Assembly: GCA_051294375.1 (NCBI GenBank)
Contig: CM119263.1
Span: 516,019 to 580,018, forward strand
DNA from: Paraspadella gotoi
Taxonomy: Eukaryota > Animalia > Chaetognatha
Direction: 5' to 3'
DNA length: 64,000 bases
The translations under genes and the position numbers were made by a program. The notes beneath the pieces are model-generated. The model ran no database searches. It was not told where the DNA came from and was given only the letters and a program-made list of their open reading frames with translations. How positions within the stretch are numbered: the first letter of the stretch is position 1; each line of letters opens with the position of its first letter. Positions 60,501 through 64,000 of the stretch are shown piece after piece.

Positions 60501-63500
60501 TTGAAAATTCTCTCGGAGATGACTAGTGCATCTTCCCAACTGGCTTGTTTGATATTAATCCTTTTATTCAAAATGCCATAAGAATTTGGCTAGCTCTTAA
60601 GATATAATAACGCTATCGGAATCGTTGTGTTTTTACAACTGTTTTTTTAAAATCCCGAATTTCTGCAATCCTCGTTTGCCCAATTTGCGGTAGTCAGATC
60701 GTTTAACGGGAAATCTCTATAGAAAAATGTTGAATTTTTTTTTAAGGCGAGATTATCGTTCTNNNNNNNNNNNNNNNNNNNNNNNNNTCTCAAATTTACG
60801 TAGAACCAAATTCCCTAAAACTCGCATCCCAAACCTTTTTTCCATAATGTTTTTTATATTTTTGGATAGTGAAGACTGGAATAACGTAAAATTCTTAATG
60901 TTACCGTCTAAATTGGCCATGGTTTAGGAAGAAAATCGCAACAAAAAACAACCAAAATTCCTCTCCTTTTTCAACATCCCTCTTCCCCTTTTAGGCCTCC
61001 CACGTACGATCGATGTCCTTTTAGACAACGAAATCTGAACTTATCAATAATTGACCATCTTTCTTAATCTCCATTAGTTAGTATGAAGCTTTACTTCATT
61101 TAAAAAAACGGTAGTCTCAAAGTTACTCTCCTTCTTATCACTGTAGAAACACTCCAGGTAAATTTTCTTATGAGTTAAAAATTACGGTAGACCATGATTC
61201 TCTCTTTCAATGATTGTTTATCTAATCCCATTTAACTGCGAATTTAAATATAAGTATGTTTTGTTCGAATTTTTATTCGGTATAAGATCGATCATTTTTA
61301 AAGATCGAATTCCTCAAAGAATCTTACACGTCTTTTACTTATACAAAAAAGTTTTTAGGTAACGCCACAATTGATTCTGATACAATTTTTATTTCTTAAT
61401 ACGCTTTCCCGGAATTCTTTTTCTTCACTTCTTTTCTTCTCTTTTCTTTACTAATTTTCTTCTTCCTCTTTCCCCTCCCTTACTTTCGCCTCACTGCTGT
61501 CAATCTTTCCTTTTTTGGCCCCTACCTTTTTTCTTCTGCCACTCAGCACTTTCCTCACATCTTTTCTCCTCTCCTCTCTCTTCGATCCTCTTTCTTTTTC
61601 CCCTCTTTTTTATTTCCAATTTTCTCCGTCCTCATTTCCTACCTTCTTATTTGTCTCACTATATTTTTCTTCTCCCCCCCATTTTGCCTTCTTTTTTTTT
61701 TGCTTTCGCCCCTGTCTTTATGTCCCTTCCTCTTCCTCTGTTTTCTTGTTTTCCATTTCGCTTTCCTCTCCACAATCGCTTTACATTGAGCCAAATCAAG
61801 AAAATATTTTAAAAATGCATTATAAGAAGAAAATCAAACGGCTAGCGTGTGATTTTTCTTTCAATTTGGTTGCCATAAGCAAATTTACGTAAAATCGACA
61901 GATTTGCGGAAAAAATTCCGCAAATCTCTGTCGATTTTTGAAGAAAAACAAAAGGTCCCTGACTGCTTTCCAGTGGATTAAAAGAGGAAGCGGGGGTTTT
62001 TTTTTTTGATTTAATTTCAAGGTTCAGTTATGTATCGTACCTCATCTTTTAAAACATAAATGAGGTTGAAAAAATATTCTCGTTTATCAAAAAATAAATG
62101 GCAAGTTCACAAAAAGTCACAATAAAGAACGGTCTTTAAAAATTTATTTGTGGCCTAAACCAGAAAGTTTTTTATGATTAATTTCTAATTAAATAGGTGT
62201 TAAAAGCCTTATTCAATAGGCTATATTGGTTTTCTTGTTAATTCATTTCAAACACAATTTATGATTTATTTTTGGTTAACACAATTATGATCAAAGGACT
62301 GAACTCCAACTTATTGACTTGTTAACTTTAAAATTCTTTCATAGGCAAAAACTATACATGATTTAGCTAATAAAATTTACCCCAGAGGTAAAGAAAGATA
62401 AGAAAGAACGCATTTCCAAAGTAAAAAAATTTTCTCAACTTTCCTTGGCCTATCAAATCAGAATTCGTAAGTTAAAAAAATGACAAAAAATGGACAGAAA
62501 TTTTTTGGCTAAAAGTGTGCCAAAATGGTAACGTATTTTTATTCTTAAAAACGGGTGGAGAATGTTTGTTAACCAATCTGTTTCTTCGTTCCGGCCTAAT
62601 TTTGTGTTGTGGTCAAGATTAATTCAACATTGCTAAGTAACAACTCGAAACAATAGTGGAAAGAAGGTCGTTTTTTTTTTTTCCTTAATGCAACTTTGTA
62701 CGCGGAACCTTTAAGATTTTCGGCGCGATTCTGAACTTCCTCTTACAAAACAACTTTTAAATCTTCCGCAGTTAATTTTTTTTTCTTAAACGAGCGAAGG
62801 GAATCCACAACTTCCTGTTATTTTAGATTTCTGGGTAAAAAATATAAATAAATTAAACATTAACATGAGAATATTAATGCAACAGTATAATGTCTTGTGA
62901 GCTTGTGAGAGTTAAGTAATTAAAAAAAATCGCCTATTTTATTATTCGAAAATGACGAAGTAAAGTGAAGAAAGTTGAATGTCTTCCGGCTCATTTCAGG
63001 TAAAATATCCCTGTTCCTAGCTCATATAAATTAAAATAATGTTATTACTTTTTTGCTGGTGGAAAAGATAATAAATACTTAGGCTTGATGCGGTGTGAAT
63101 ATTATTGTTGTAGAACTTTTGCAAGCATGCATTGTAATATATCAGTTCAAGCAAATATGTAAGTTAAAAAATTATATTTCTTCTTTATCCAAAAAACTTT
63201 AGAAGTTTTAACTTAAGTAACAATTTAGTCTTTTTTTTTCTTTCAGAATCACTAAAAAAAAATTAATTTTATTTATTTTATGGTTTCATTAGTTTTAAAA
63301 ATTCATTATAATTTTGACATAGTTTGAAACTCTACCACCTGTAAAGAGGTTTCAGCAAAATAATTCTAATATTGTAACTGTATGTGCCCACAGATTATTG
63401 GGCTTCATTTTGACTATTGCATTCCCTGTATCTTTGTTCCTTCAAAAAGATCTATCAGGAATATCAGAATATCAGGAAAAAATTTTCTCTTAACCTTCTT

Positions 63501-64000
63501 TAATTTCTTCTTAATATAAAAAATTTCATGTTGTCAAAACCAGACCAATGGACTTTACCACGTTGGTTTACTATGAAGAGTCTTTGGTCAATAATGAAAA
63601 GAAAAAATTTGGCAAAGCTCTTGGACAAGAGGCCTTTCTAAATCTCATAAATTAAGTAATATTTATAACTTAACTAAACCCTAGCCCATTTACAATTTTC
63701 AAAAGCAAAATTTCCCAGTTCATTTCCTATAGTAAAAACAATGGTTTGAAAAATTTCTTTCCCGGAGATGATAGTGCATCTTCCCCTGGCTTGTTTGATA
63801 TTAATCCTTTATTCAAAATGCCATAACGAATTTGGCTAGCTCTTAAGATATAATAACGCTATCGGAATCGTGTGGTTTTTACAACTGTTTTCTTTAATAC
63901 CCGAATTTCTGGCAATCCTCGCTTTGCCAATTTGGTAGTCAGATCTTTAACGGAAATCTCTATTAGAAAAATGTTGAATTTTTTTTTTAAGCCGGACTTA

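Overview
AT-rich, microsatellite-dense animal (probably invertebrate) genomic DNA, not prokaryotic. It contains two spliced + strand genes. (1) The 3' part of an RNF38/RNF44-family RING-H2 E3 ligase: 7 exons in 1-3319, with the 5' end outside the window. (2) The 5' part of a RasGRF (RASGRF1/2-type Ras GEF) gene: coding exons at 15178-15329, 15778-15904, 26142-26254 and 48320-48425 encode PH1 and the start of the coiled coil; the rest lies beyond the window. The introns hold many minisatellites, hAT- and Kolobok-type foldback MITEs, Helentron-like HINE elements, a family of ~250-bp tRNA-containing solo-LTR-like elements with covarying hairpins, and a candidate Penelope-type minimal hammerhead ribozyme. 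From 28191 onward the window looks compromised by long-read gap filling: three 25-N gaps, a 6.5-kb inverted copy, several indel-riddled direct copies (RasGRF exon 4 appears four times) and random-looking stretches. One 4.4-kb unique segment (48629-53050), with frameshifted minus-strand ORFs and a hairpin array, remains unexplained. Most ORFs in the supplied track are microsatellite or repeat artefacts.
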